Shown piece by piece: positions 1 through 9,903 of a stretch of 64,000 bases of DNA (position 1 is the stretch's first letter; each line of letters starts with the position of its first letter). The notes below the pieces were generated by a model that was given only the letters and a program-made list of their open reading frames with translations, did no database searches and was not told the DNA's origin. The stretch covers positions 32,001-96,000 of IMG/VR virus record IMGVR_UViG_3300045988_115074; one strand, written 5' to 3'. The stretch is from a virus. A program made the position numbers and the translations under genes.

Positions 1-5
1 TGGGT

Positions 6-245
6 ATGAAAACAGATAACCTTGATGTACCGAGATGGCAATTTGTAACAACTGGTATCGTATTGGTTCTTTCTGTAATCATTAGTATTTTCACACCTAG
101 TAAACAAGCCATATACATCATGTTAGGCGTCAAGACCACTGGTGTTATCTTAGACCAACCTGTCGCTAAAAAGACTATCGAACTCTTAGAATTGAAGATT
201 GATAAAGAGTTAGAAGACATTAAAAAGGAAACTAAAGGTGAATGA
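6..245 (+). CDS. small membrane protein, 79 aa (frame still open at window edge)
   Basis: ORF track; hydrophobic span WQFVTTGIVLVLSVIISIF; first of three consecutive small hydrophobic ORFs. Confidence 0.45.
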   Translation: MKTDNLDVPRWQFVTTGIVLVLSVIISIFTPSKQAIYIMLGVKTTGVILDQPVAKKTIELLELKIDKELEDIKKETKGE

Positions 246-249
246 TATT

Positions 250-384
250 GTGAGTAATCTTGGTGATTTAGTCTTAGTTGCTTATTCGGTTTTTCTATTT
301 TTATGTATATTGCTTGCATGTTTTTTATTATTGACTCTCTTTTTTATATTTATAAAAAAGATACTCGATGAGGTTAAAAAATGA
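250..384 (+). CDS. 44-aa hydrophobic peptide, GTG start (below ORF-track cutoff)
   Basis: Hand translation VSNLGDLVLVAYSVFLFLCILLACFLLLTLFFIFIKKILDEVKK; its TGA overlaps the next ATG (ATGA). Confidence 0.3.
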   Translation: MSNLGDLVLVAYSVFLFLCILLACFLLLTLFFIFIKKILDEVKK

Positions 385-770
385 ATGATTTGACTTTATG
401 GATTTACATCGTTTATATAGTAAATAGAATACGTGAAGTATTTTGTGGTGTAACTGTATTTATTGCTATGGCATTTGCTGTTAAAGTATTATACTTCATT
501 TACATCGATAAGAATGGCTATATTAAGGAAGATGAATATCTTAGTAAAGAAGAAGTTAATGAGTTTTGGAAAAATCTCAATAAGAAACTATGGGGTGTAT
601 TAGGTGCATTTGTAGTATTTACTATTTTCCTAAATATCGTTATTCCTAATAAAGCAACTATGTACGCTATGGTAGCTTCTGAAGCAGTATCTCGTTCTGT
701 TGATTCTGACATTGTGAAAAAAGCAATTAATAGAATCGATAAAGAGTATAACTTAGAAAACAGTAAGTAA
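381..770 (+). CDS. membrane protein, 129 aa
   Basis: Hydrophobic spans VFCGVTVFIAMAFAVKVLYFIYI and WGVLGAFVVFTIFLNIVI; terminator 778-807 follows. Confidence 0.6.
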   Translation: MNDLTLWIYIVYIVNRIREVFCGVTVFIAMAFAVKVLYFIYIDKNGYIKEDEYLSKEEVNEFWKNLNKKLWGVLGAFVVFTIFLNIVIPNKATMYAMVASEAVSRSVDSDIVKKAINRIDKEYNLENSK

Positions 771-777
771 AATATAT

Positions 778-807
778 CTCTACTCTACCTATTAAGGTAG
801 AGTAGAG
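778..807. terminator. bidirectional hairpin terminator
   Basis: 13-bp stem CTCTACTCTACCT/AGGTAGAGTAGAG, loop ATTA, between convergent genes. Confidence 0.7.
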
Positions 808-829
808 TATACTTATCTATATTTATTTT

Positions 830-1924
830 TTATAGTTTAAACAACCATTCAATCTCTTCAACATATAAATCATGTAAATCAGATATCCTACTGTCTTTAA
901 ACACACGACCACCATTTAAAGAAATCAGTTCTTGTCTTAATCTAGTTAGATATCCACTATTGACATTCTTATCTTGCATAGCAGGTGTTAATAGACAATG
1001 TTTTAAGAACCTAGTCATAGCCAATACATATATCCATTTATTTTGTCTGGTTAATAATATCTTAGGCGTATCCATAAACTCTAATGCTCTTATATCACCT
1101 ATACCATGAATATTCGCCGCTATCTTTTCAATAGGGTAATTACCCTTTCTAGCCATCATCCAGATATCTTCAATATCTTTATCTAACTCTTTACTATTAT
1201 TGTTTATGTAAAAAGAAGTACCAGCATAATCAATCGTTTTAGCCATAGAGTCATCAGTCAATAAGATATTCTTATTAATAATAACTTGGTTAATGTGACT
1301 AGGTAACATATTAGGTAAAACACACATTCCTAAGAAATATCCTGTATTAGGTAATTTATGGTCAGGATTGACTAACTTTATTTCTCTATGGTGTCTTAGC
1401 CAAGCAGCATATTGTAAATGTAATAAATTGATGTCAATTTGAATAATAGCAAATCCAGGTCTATCCACATAGTTCTTACTGGTCATTAAGTTATAACTGA
1501 TATGGTTTTGGTCATGGCGTAAAACAGTAACTGGCACTAAGTCTTGCCAGTTTTCTTTTACATATTCCCAATCCCAGTAGTTATCGACTTGTGTAATAAT
1601 TTCAGTAGTGGTAGGGCCGTAGAAGTTACCATAGTGTAATTTACCAATACTTCGGTCTGAAGATAAACCTAAGGCATTTGCATGATACCATGCTTTATCG
1701 TTATTATAAACATAAGCAGATACAAATTTATCAGGTATGTTTTTAGGCATGGCAAATGATTCAATGATGCGGTGAAGAATATGGTAACCACCTACGTAAT
1801 AATAATTATTACGATACCAGTTAATGGCTTTAGCTAGTCGGTTATCAATAACCCGATTAGCGAATTTTAGGTGCCACACATTCTCTTTACGAAATCGTGT
1901 AGGAAATCCGACTAGATTAAACAT
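830..1924 (-). CDS. hypothetical protein, 364 aa
   Basis: Long ORF converging on hairpin 778-807; no motif recognised. Confidence 0.7.
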   Translation of the reverse strand: MFNLVGFPTRFRKENVWHLKFANRVIDNRLAKAINWYRNNYYYVGGYHILHRIIESFAMPKNIPDKFVSAYVYNNDKAWYHANALGLSSDRSIGKLHYGNFYGPTTTEIITQVDNYWDWEYVKENWQDLVPVTVLRHDQNHISYNLMTSKNYVDRPGFAIIQIDINLLHLQYAAWLRHHREIKLVNPDHKLPNTGYFLGMCVLPNMLPSHINQVIINKNILLTDDSMAKTIDYAGTSFYINNNSKELDKDIEDIWMMARKGNYPIEKIAANIHGIGDIRALEFMDTPKILLTRQNKWIYVLAMTRFLKHCLLTPAMQDKNVNSGYLTRLRQELISLNGGRVFKDSRISDLHDLYVEEIEWLFKL

Positions 1925-2140
1925 ATTTATAGTCTTTCTTATTTAAATAGGTATTAGAATAAAAGTATCATCATAAGATTTTATTATTTATTATTTCGAG
2001 ATAAAACTTGAATATACCTATATATGAATATGTACGAATTAGATACTCAAGAGAGTATCGACCCTAGGAGATATAATATTTAATTTATTAGAAACAAGAG
2101 AAAACAATGTTTTCTACTGTATTTAAAAAAATTATGGTAA

Positions 2141-2155
2141 TATATCATTAAAGTG
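2141..2155 (+). promoter_or_regulatory. phage promoter motif copy (TATAYTAYTAWAGTG family)
   Basis: TATATCATTAAAGTG, followed by hairpin GTAGTATTG/CAATATTAC (2162-2183); 100 nt upstream of gene 2257. Confidence 0.55.
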
Positions 2156-2256
2156 TAGTAGGTAGTATTGGTGTCAATATTACATATTACGAACAAGGCT
2201 AATATAGCCGTGTTTAATTAAGCTTAATTTAACATTCTTACGAAAAGGAAATCAAA

Positions 2257-4239
2257 ATGGCAATTAACGATAAACGCCAAGCTCAACCTTCTGTAAACTC
2301 TATGGAAGATATCGGCAAACTCGCTGGTGGTAACAACACCGCTAACAACCAAGCAACACAATCACAACCATCTACTAAACGTACTGGTGGTTTCACCTTT
2401 GCTGACCAAGGTGGTTTGTTTGGTTCTACCTTTACCGTTGTAAATGACGGTTTGATGAAGATGGTTGAACAAATGAAAACCATCATCAAAGAGAACACTC
2501 AATCTAATCGATTGGAGTTGGGATTCTATCCACTTGACCGTAACAACCATGACCTCGGTATGGACATCTTGTTGGTTACTACTCGTGACCAAGAACTGAA
2601 AGGCCCATACGGCGTATACGCTTTGGTAATCTGTACATCAGACACTACTCTGACTACAGAAACTACCCAAGCCGGTCCAGGTCAACGTAGTTACACAATT
2701 AACACCTACCCATCTCAAATCTTCGAAGCAGACAACATTGTACAGTTCCTGCTGCAAGCTGCTCGCGATTGCCTGGGTAGCAATGACGTTGTATTCGCAG
2801 GCGGTTGCCCAATCTTTACTGACTTCGTGAATTTCGAAGACAAGAAAGAAATTCAACCTGCACTTCTGAACGCTATCAATGCTTGTACTTTGAAAGCCTT
2901 CGCAGCATTCAACGAAGCTCAAGGTAAACTGGAAGACATCAACCTGTTGGAATACGACAACAAGAAAGAAACTCTGGAAGTTGACCGTAAACTGATTGGT
3001 GGCTGTATCAAAGACTTCCACGGTAACCCAATCCGCGCAGATTGGCAACATGTTGTGAACGCACGTCAAGTTCAACAAAACAACGTTGGCTTTGTAGGTG
3101 GTTCTGTAGCTAAAGAAGTATTCAGCATTTCCGGTTATACCGATGTAGTAATGGTAAACCCAGCTAACACTACTCACGTTGACTCTCCATGGGCACGTAA
3201 GAAACTGGCTCAATCTAGCGATGAGCAAATCTTCTTGCCAGTAAACGTGTTTACTAGCCTGATGCCAGCACGTCAACAATCTTTGGGTAACATCATCTAC
3301 GCATTGGGTGTAGGTATTGGTGCTACATTCGCAGACTACTGGTACATTTACCAAGCATTGAACCCAATGAACCGTGCTCCTGATTGGCAACATACAATCG
3401 CCGGTTTGGGTTACGAAGCTTCTGAAATGTTCCGTCTGCCTGAGTTCGCTCCATTCCCAACTCCAGCCACTGACCCAAATGTATCCGAAAATGATTACTT
3501 GGATATCATTGGCCGTTACTTCTTGGATTCTACATCTTTCGCAATCGATGTAGGTTTGGGTACGCCAACTGAATGGATGTTGGCTGACTTTGTAAACGCA
3601 GCGTTTGAAGAAGACCATGTTGCAATCCAACCTGATTCTGAAAATGCTAAAATCTTGGCAGTAACTGACCACTTGTTCGGTGGCCGCTTTAAAGAAGTTT
3701 ACTCTTCTTTGGGTGGTACTGGTCGTGTAGTATTTACTCTGCCAAATCGTCGTTTCTTGGTAGGTCAATACCACAATGCCCAAGCAAATGAAACTCGTTC
3801 TCTGCAAGACGTTGACCGTCTGTTCTTGGACAATAACGTTAACGGCATTAAAGAAAACTTGGAATTCACTCGTGCATTGGTTGGTGCTCAATCTGACCCA
3901 CGTTTGGAAGTACAACAAGGTATCGGTATCCAACAAGAAATCGTTGGTACTCTGTTGCCACATTCTCGCATCGTAGGTTACGGCGCACGCTTGGAAATTG
4001 AAAACATCTACGCACGTGCTGTACACCAATGTATGTTGGAAGTAGGCCCACGCCTCATTAACCGCAATGTGACAAATACCTTCGGCCAAAATATGTTTGC
4101 AAACTACATCGGTTCTGCAATGATTGACAGCCTGGGTCGTTCTATCCTGTCTAACCAAACTGCAAGCAACAGCCAACGCAGTTCTTTGTTTGGTGCACGT
4201 TGGGGTAACGGCGTAAACAACAGTGGTAACACTTACTAA
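2257..4239 (+). CDS. abundant early protein, 660 aa; candidate phage-nucleus shell protein (chimallin-like)
   Basis: RBS AAAAGGAAATCAAAATG. Strongest codon bias in the window (CGT/GGT/CTG/CCA). Promoter motif at 2141 and terminator at 4264. Low-complexity N and C tails. Directly upstream of the RNAP beta' fragment. The CDS is secure; the functional call is inference only. Confidence 0.5.
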   Translation: MAINDKRQAQPSVNSMEDIGKLAGGNNTANNQATQSQPSTKRTGGFTFADQGGLFGSTFTVVNDGLMKMVEQMKTIIKENTQSNRLELGFYPLDRNNHDLGMDILLVTTRDQELKGPYGVYALVICTSDTTLTTETTQAGPGQRSYTINTYPSQIFEADNIVQFLLQAARDCLGSNDVVFAGGCPIFTDFVNFEDKKEIQPALLNAINACTLKAFAAFNEAQGKLEDINLLEYDNKKETLEVDRKLIGGCIKDFHGNPIRADWQHVVNARQVQQNNVGFVGGSVAKEVFSISGYTDVVMVNPANTTHVDSPWARKKLAQSSDEQIFLPVNVFTSLMPARQQSLGNIIYALGVGIGATFADYWYIYQALNPMNRAPDWQHTIAGLGYEASEMFRLPEFAPFPTPATDPNVSENDYLDIIGRYFLDSTSFAIDVGLGTPTEWMLADFVNAAFEEDHVAIQPDSENAKILAVTDHLFGGRFKEVYSSLGGTGRVVFTLPNRRFLVGQYHNAQANETRSLQDVDRLFLDNNVNGIKENLEFTRALVGAQSDPRLEVQQGIGIQQEIVGTLLPHSRIVGYGARLEIENIYARAVHQCMLEVGPRLINRNVTNTFGQNMFANYIGSAMIDSLGRSILSNQTASNSQRSSLFGARWGNGVNNSGNTY

Positions 4240-4263
4240 TTACCTTCTGAAATAGAAGTATAT

Positions 4264-4293
4264 ACTACCGAGGGGATAAAACCCTTCGGTAGT
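4264..4293 (+). terminator. intrinsic terminator
   Basis: 12-bp stem (one G-T pair), loop ATAAAA, then a T-rich run. Confidence 0.8.
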
Positions 4294-4393
4294 ATTTTAT
4301 TTTTATTTTGTATAATTTTTCAAGATTCGATATATTTGAGTAGTTTATACTGCTTTTATATAAGGAAACTAGGAATTTAAAGAGAGGTAATCA

Positions 4394-5929
4394 ATGGGTG
4401 TACATTTAAAATATATTAGCTCAGATGAGCTATTTAATAGAACCCATCACAGCAAAATCGTTATCAATGAATTGTCTAATCGTACTATCCGTGATAAAGC
4501 GATTGTAAATAGTTTGTTGATGTTGGAAGTAGGCGAAGCATTTGATAATATCCCTAGTTGTCAATGTGGTGCACTTTCAATGAATATCTATAAAGGTGTT
4601 CGATGTAGTAAATGTGATTCGGTCGCAGAAGAGGTTGTATCTACCGACTTAGATAATAAGATGTGGGTTCGTGCTCCTATTGGAGTTCCTGCATTAATGA
4701 ATCCAATGTTGTGGTTTCAGTTACAAACCTATTTGGAACGTTCAACGTATAAGTTTAATTTGTTGCAATGGTTAACCGACCCTACGTATAAACCGAAGGT
4801 AACAAAGTTCACCAAATCCATCTCAATGATGTTACAAAGACTAGATGAGTTAGGTTTAAATGTTCGAGATTATCAGCATTTCTACGATAACTTCGATACC
4901 TATATTCATTTACTTTTAACAGAAAAGGAATTTAGACGCAGTTCAGATACGACTTCATCATCTGGTGAAGCACTATTAAAACTGTTTAAAGAAAATCGAG
5001 ATATTGTTTGGCAACAATACATTCAAATCCCAAATAAAGCTGTTACCATTATTGAAAACTCAAATGGTAAAAAATGGATTGACCCAAGTACACCAAAATT
5101 ATTGCGAGCAATTCGCTTAATGGTAGGTATTGACAATGAGGATAATGTCCGTGGTGGTATTTCTACTAAAACCAAATTAGCCAGAGCTTCTAAGTTCTTG
5201 AGCTATTTTAGTGAATATCAATCTATGGAAATTAACCCTAAGTTCTTGGGTTCTAAACCAGGTGAAATCCGTAAACACGTTATTGCAACACGTTCTAACT
5301 TTACAGGTCGTTTTGTAGTAACAGCAATCAATGGTCCACATCATTATTCAGAAGTGCGTCTACCATGGATTGGGTTTATGGGTATGTTTGCTCCACAGAT
5401 TCGTGCAAAACTATACCACAAGTATGGTTTGTCTTCATCAAGAGTAAGTGAAATCATGACGAAGTATCAAAAGGTATATCATCCTAAGTTACATGAAATC
5501 ATGCTAGAACTAATTGATGAATCTACGGATTCTGAAGGCAACAAAGGTATTACCATTGTTATTAACCGTAACCCATCACTGAAACACGGTTCTATTGTAC
5601 GATTACGTATTCCTCCAGTAGTAGGTGTTAAAACAGATGTACGCGATATGTCTGCTTCAACATCTGGTAAAATTGCAGCATGGTATAACGGTGACTTTGA
5701 CGGTGACCAAGAAACCTTCTTAGCTGTACTGGATAAACGTATGTCAAAAGCATTTGAACCATTTGATGCTAAATATTCAGTAGGTGATTTGATTAATGTA
5801 TACGAAGCAGACGGTGTGACTTCCATTTCTAAACAAACAGTAATGGCTTTAGCAAACGCACTGTTGTTACATGACGAGCAACAACCGACTAAAGAACAAG
5901 CTGACTTTATGTCTAAATTTGCAGCATAA
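4394..5929 (+). CDS. multisubunit RNA polymerase beta'-like subunit, N-terminal fragment
   Basis: Zn ribbon CQCG..x..CSKC; RSNFTGRFVV (cf. RVDYSGRSVI); NRNPSLKHGS (cf. NRAPTLHRLG); catalytic loop YNGDFDGDQ (cf. NADFDGDQ). The ORF ends soon after this loop. Confidence 0.9.
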   Translation: MGVHLKYISSDELFNRTHHSKIVINELSNRTIRDKAIVNSLLMLEVGEAFDNIPSCQCGALSMNIYKGVRCSKCDSVAEEVVSTDLDNKMWVRAPIGVPALMNPMLWFQLQTYLERSTYKFNLLQWLTDPTYKPKVTKFTKSISMMLQRLDELGLNVRDYQHFYDNFDTYIHLLLTEKEFRRSSDTTSSSGEALLKLFKENRDIVWQQYIQIPNKAVTIIENSNGKKWIDPSTPKLLRAIRLMVGIDNEDNVRGGISTKTKLARASKFLSYFSEYQSMEINPKFLGSKPGEIRKHVIATRSNFTGRFVVTAINGPHHYSEVRLPWIGFMGMFAPQIRAKLYHKYGLSSSRVSEIMTKYQKVYHPKLHEIMLELIDESTDSEGNKGITIVINRNPSLKHGSIVRLRIPPVVGVKTDVRDMSASTSGKIAAWYNGDFDGDQETFLAVLDKRMSKAFEPFDAKYSVGDLINVYEADGVTSISKQTVMALANALLLHDEQQPTKEQADFMSKFAA

Positions 5930-5943
5930 AGAAAGGAATTAGT

Positions 5944-6570
5944 ATGGCTAGATTACACTTAGGCGGTAGAGATGCTGCACGTGTACACATGTACGGTACC
6001 ATGAACATGGATACAGTCAATTTTATTCAAAATAGAATTGACAACCTCACTAACCTATATGGTGAAGGCGCATCTTGGTTTCAAGAGAAAGTGCAACAGC
6101 GATTTAATGATAGTGCTATTCGTTCTATCAATATTGCTCAAAACAATATGCACTATAGTGGTGGTGTGTTCGATGATGGTATCCGCCAAATGTTTAGCAT
6201 TGATGACTTTAGGTCAGCATCACGTAATAACCAACGATATATTCTTGCTAACCCGTATTTCCATAAAGAATACAGCAGCGGACGTATCGAAGGTTGGGGA
6301 TTTGAAGAAGATAGGTTCCCTAAACTCACGGGTGAAGATAATCCATATTACCAACAAGTTGTGGATGGTATGGTTCAATACGCTGATGAGAATTACGATG
6401 GTGAAGAACACGATGAGAAATTTGTGATTTATTCTAATGATGTGTTAGATGAACTTCCTGAACTCTTAATGAATCAGAAAGTCATGGTACGCAATAACTG
6501 GAATAGATTCTACAGCATGATTTCTGAAGGTGAAGAAGACCCATCTAGTTTACATGGTGCATACCTATAA
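5944..6570 (+). CDS. hypothetical protein, 208 aa
   Basis: ORF 15 nt after the beta' fragment; RBS GAAAGGAA; terminator 6584-6611. Confidence 0.7.
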   Translation: MARLHLGGRDAARVHMYGTMNMDTVNFIQNRIDNLTNLYGEGASWFQEKVQQRFNDSAIRSINIAQNNMHYSGGVFDDGIRQMFSIDDFRSASRNNQRYILANPYFHKEYSSGRIEGWGFEEDRFPKLTGEDNPYYQQVVDGMVQYADENYDGEEHDEKFVIYSNDVLDELPELLMNQKVMVRNNWNRFYSMISEGEEDPSSLHGAYL

Positions 6571-6583
6571 TATCTGATACAGA

Positions 6584-6611
6584 CTACTACCACTAGCAAT
6601 AGTGGTAGTAG
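6584..6611 (+). terminator. intrinsic terminator
   Basis: 11-bp stem CTACTACCACT/AGTGGTAGTAG, loop AGCAAT; T-rich downstream. Confidence 0.65.
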
Positions 6612-6644
6612 CCTTTCTATAACTTTTATTTTTTAGGGTGAATC

Positions 6645-7133
6645 ATGAAACCTAGAAGCAATAACCCAAAACTAAAACTCGTACCTACTTTAGATAAAGA
6701 AGGATGGTTACAGTATGGTGAAAAGAATAAACTAGATCGATTGCTGGCTTATTTTTTTACTTCAGAAGCCTCTCAGTCTACATTATACTATGGTACTATA
6801 CCCACTTATCAAGCCATTGCAGCTAATAATATAGAAGACATTACTACCCTTAGAGAACAACTAGAGACAAGTGTAACTGAATACTTAAGAAAGTATTTAG
6901 AAAGTGTCAATGTAGAAGTATATGTAACTACAGTAGATGGTATAATTAAAGATATCCATGAATTGGAAGCAGAAAATGCAGTGGGTATTAAAATGAATAT
7001 TCAATACTACGATAACGATAAATACGTAGTGTTTGAAAAGAACGTAATCTATAAAGAAGGTATCTTCAGTTATGTATTGGATAAATTCAATACAGGTTTC
7101 TCTATTTCAGAAGATTACCGTGACCCACGTTAA
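6645..7133 (+). CDS. hypothetical protein, 162 aa
   Basis: ORF with AGGGTG RBS; no motif recognised. Confidence 0.65.
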   Translation: MKPRSNNPKLKLVPTLDKEGWLQYGEKNKLDRLLAYFFTSEASQSTLYYGTIPTYQAIAANNIEDITTLREQLETSVTEYLRKYLESVNVEVYVTTVDGIIKDIHELEAENAVGIKMNIQYYDNDKYVVFEKNVIYKEGIFSYVLDKFNTGFSISEDYRDPR

Positions 7134-7152
7134 TTAGTAAAAGGAAATTAAA

Positions 7153-7800
7153 ATGGCAGAATATAGCTTAGTAGATACAGCTAATGAATTATCAGTAGTC
7201 CGTCCTGGTGAAGAGTTTAATGAACAAGCGGTTATGATAAATGGTATTAAACCAGTAATTGAATCATTAAACAATGAAGCAAAACTTAAAAAAGAATCTC
7301 GTTCTGTAATTAATGTATTAGAATATATTGATAACTTCTTACCAATGCATTGTGGTTATGTTACAGATGAAGATAGATTCACCATTGAGGATTGGTTAGA
7401 CTTTGCTGGTGGCCCGTATAATGAAGTAGATTTAGTAGACAAAGATGGTAATGTTGTTGCTACTGTTCCGTCTATGTATCCTAACAATAGTTATGTATTG
7501 TTAAACGAAGAAGTAGAAAACATCGATGAAAGTGTTACTTCACTAGGTCGTAAGTTTGAAATCATTAATAATACAGGTGATAATTATCGAACTATTTCAC
7601 GTAAGTCTCGTACAGATTTATACGAGAGTATGTTAGATAGATTTGATGGAAATGTCATTGAAGCACATAAAGCAAAATGGAATGCTTTCTTTGTGAAAAT
7701 GGGTTTATTTAAACCAACAAACGAAACTAATGAACAACAAACTAATAGTGAAGATGATAGTATAGCTAATGGTGAATCCAATCCATTTATTTCTTATTAA
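7153..7800 (+). CDS. hypothetical protein, 215 aa
   Basis: RBS AAAAGGAAATTAAAATG; no motif recognised. Confidence 0.7.
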   Translation: MAEYSLVDTANELSVVRPGEEFNEQAVMINGIKPVIESLNNEAKLKKESRSVINVLEYIDNFLPMHCGYVTDEDRFTIEDWLDFAGGPYNEVDLVDKDGNVVATVPSMYPNNSYVLLNEEVENIDESVTSLGRKFEIINNTGDNYRTISRKSRTDLYESMLDRFDGNVIEAHKAKWNAFFVKMGLFKPTNETNEQQTNSEDDSIANGESNPFISY

Positions 7801-7838
7801 AAACTATTTTTGAAGATTAGTTTAAAAGGAAGTGTCCA

Positions 7839-8975
7839 ATGTTAAGACCACTTAAAATTAAAGCATTCGGTGATGTCCACAATGGACACTCTTCTACTCC
7901 TACTATTAAAATTTCAGAAGAGATACGTGAGTGTTTCCCTTATGGTAAAGATGCAGCAGGTACAGATATCTTAGTATTAGATGGTGACTGGTATGATAAG
8001 TTATTACCTAATAATCACCAAGATGCTATTGATACAGAAGTAACTATGTATTATTTGTTACGATATTGTAAAGACCATGATATTGTATTTTGTATTGTAG
8101 ATGGTACACCACTACATGATGCAGGACAAATTCAGAAGTTTCTACATATTAACAAAGAAGCTAAAATTGATGCTGAAGTCATTTTGGTAGATACGATTGA
8201 TATTGTTTATATTTCTAAATACGATGTCAATGTATTATTTGTACCAGATAGACCAAGAACCACACCTCAAGAAACATTCTCTATCGTACAAGAGAAATTA
8301 AAACAACACAATATTGAACAAGTAGACTTTGCAATTATGCATGGTTGTTTTCAATATCAGTTACCAGAGTTAGCCCCAGACCATAAACATAATGAGGAAG
8401 ATTACGAGAATATAGTGAAAGGCCCGATTATTATTGGACATATTCACAAACATTCCTCTAAAGGTAAAATTATTGCTCCAGGTAGTTTTTCTAGATTAAC
8501 ACATGGTGAAGAAGAGCCAAAAGGCTATATAGAAATCATCCTCCAACCATCTGGTGAATTTAAAGCAAAATTCATCGAGAATAAAACAGCGACTATTTAT
8601 AAAACCATTAATATTACAGGACTCTCGCTACAAGATTCCTTTGATAAAATCAGAAGAAATGTAGAATCACTTCCTCCTTTATCTAGAGTAAGGATAGAAT
8701 GTGAACAAGGACATCCTATTTCTTTAGATAAAACATTCATGGTTTTAAAAATGGAAAACATCGATATCTATTGGTCAATTAAAGTCAATACAGATAAATC
8801 TATCATTGCCAATCAAGAAGAAGTATTTAGTATTGAAAATGATTATGTACCATTGGTTATTAATCCTGATAATATCGAAGAATTAATCCTATTAAAAGCT
8901 GAACAAAAAGGATATTCACCACAAGTGATTAAAACCATTCCAAATTACTTAAATGAAATTCTGAAAGAAGATTGA
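7839..8975 (+). CDS. calcineurin-type metallophosphoesterase (Mre11/SbcD-like nuclease candidate)
   Basis: Motifs FGDVHNGH (DxH), VLDGDWYD (GDxxD), MHGC and GHIHKH (GHxH) in canonical order. Confidence 0.7.
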   Translation: MLRPLKIKAFGDVHNGHSSTPTIKISEEIRECFPYGKDAAGTDILVLDGDWYDKLLPNNHQDAIDTEVTMYYLLRYCKDHDIVFCIVDGTPLHDAGQIQKFLHINKEAKIDAEVILVDTIDIVYISKYDVNVLFVPDRPRTTPQETFSIVQEKLKQHNIEQVDFAIMHGCFQYQLPELAPDHKHNEEDYENIVKGPIIIGHIHKHSSKGKIIAPGSFSRLTHGEEEPKGYIEIILQPSGEFKAKFIENKTATIYKTINITGLSLQDSFDKIRRNVESLPPLSRVRIECEQGHPISLDKTFMVLKMENIDIYWSIKVNTDKSIIANQEEVFSIENDYVPLVINPDNIEELILLKAEQKGYSPQVIKTIPNYLNEILKED

Positions 8976-8976
8976 A

Positions 8977-9840
8977 ATGAACTATGTGAATGAAAGAGAA
9001 AGAGGACAACTTCCTTTATCGATTGGTACATCACTTGCATTTGAATCTATGCTAAACACCAGTGAGATTATCAAACACGATAAACCACTGTATGTAGGAA
9101 ATGGTAAAGTGTGGATAAATATCAAAACACTTTATCGTAATATATACGGTTCAGTACATAGAGAAAACACCGATAGAACATCAGATTCTCAATTTGCAGA
9201 TGCTATGTTTAGTGAGATTGATTTAATTAAAGATATCTGTAGAGAAGAAGCAAATGGTATTGAACCTGTATTCTATTGTCCAAACTACGTGAAGATAGAC
9301 AGTTTTAATAATGAAACGTTATTAAGATTAGATAATACTTCACTACAACAAACTTATACAAAACGAATGACAAACTGTTTAAAGATAGTATTGCCAGAGT
9401 TTAATAAGTCAAAAGAGTTAACCAATCCTGATAGAATACGAATATATGATAATTTTATAGAAGATATAGAAAATCAAAATACATTAATGATTACACATTA
9501 TGCTTTTGATTTATTGTCTTTTAGAAAGTTTAAGAATTTAACTTTACTCGAAACCCACACAGGTAAAGCCAAAGGTAGAGAGTTATGGTATACGAAATAT
9601 TATAATGGTAAAGATTTACCAGAGTTACCATTTAGGTTAGATTTATTAACTTTATTAGGCGACGGTACATTGTTTAGAAATAAAGTACCTAAGTTTAAAA
9701 AAGAAATTATCAGAATGGCTAAAGATTATCATTGGTCTAGTATTACTACCACGGATAAAATTAGACACAATATTTCTGATATCAAAGACCATCAGATAAG
9801 AATGAGACTATTGGCTTGTATTAAAAACGAATACTGTTAA
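8977..9840 (+). CDS. hypothetical protein, 287 aa
   Basis: Starts 1 nt after the previous stop (TGAAATG); no motif recognised. Confidence 0.7.
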   Translation: MNYVNERERGQLPLSIGTSLAFESMLNTSEIIKHDKPLYVGNGKVWINIKTLYRNIYGSVHRENTDRTSDSQFADAMFSEIDLIKDICREEANGIEPVFYCPNYVKIDSFNNETLLRLDNTSLQQTYTKRMTNCLKIVLPEFNKSKELTNPDRIRIYDNFIEDIENQNTLMITHYAFDLLSFRKFKNLTLLETHTGKAKGRELWYTKYYNGKDLPELPFRLDLLTLLGDGTLFRNKVPKFKKEIIRMAKDYHWSSITTTDKIRHNISDIKDHQIRMRLLACIKNEYC

Positions 9841-9903
9841 TAGTTTTATCACTTACTTATTCATGAATACAATTATTTAAACCTTAGTTTAAAGGAAAAG
9901 AAA

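Noticed and set aside
2638-4176. 512-codon ORF antisense to the 660-aa gene, plus smaller antisense ORFs at 2283-2592 and 3866-4051
   Set aside because: It lies wholly inside a strongly codon-biased gene and has no RBS. The product is Cys/Trp/Val-rich nonsense typical of the reverse frame of RNY-biased genes. It is a by-product of codon periodicity.
4308-4316. Host sigma70-like TTGTATAAT just after terminators (4308-4316 and 10674-10682)
   Set aside because: The -10 hexamer is perfect, but no credible -35 sits at 17 bp, and TATAAT-like strings are expected by chance in DNA this AT-rich. It recurs after two terminators, so it is noted, but I cannot support a promoter call.
7839-9840. Interpreting 7839 and 8977 as an SbcCD/Mre11-Rad50 pair
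   Set aside because: The downstream 287-aa protein has no Walker A/B or coiled-coil Rad50 features. Only the phosphoesterase motifs of 7839 are supported.
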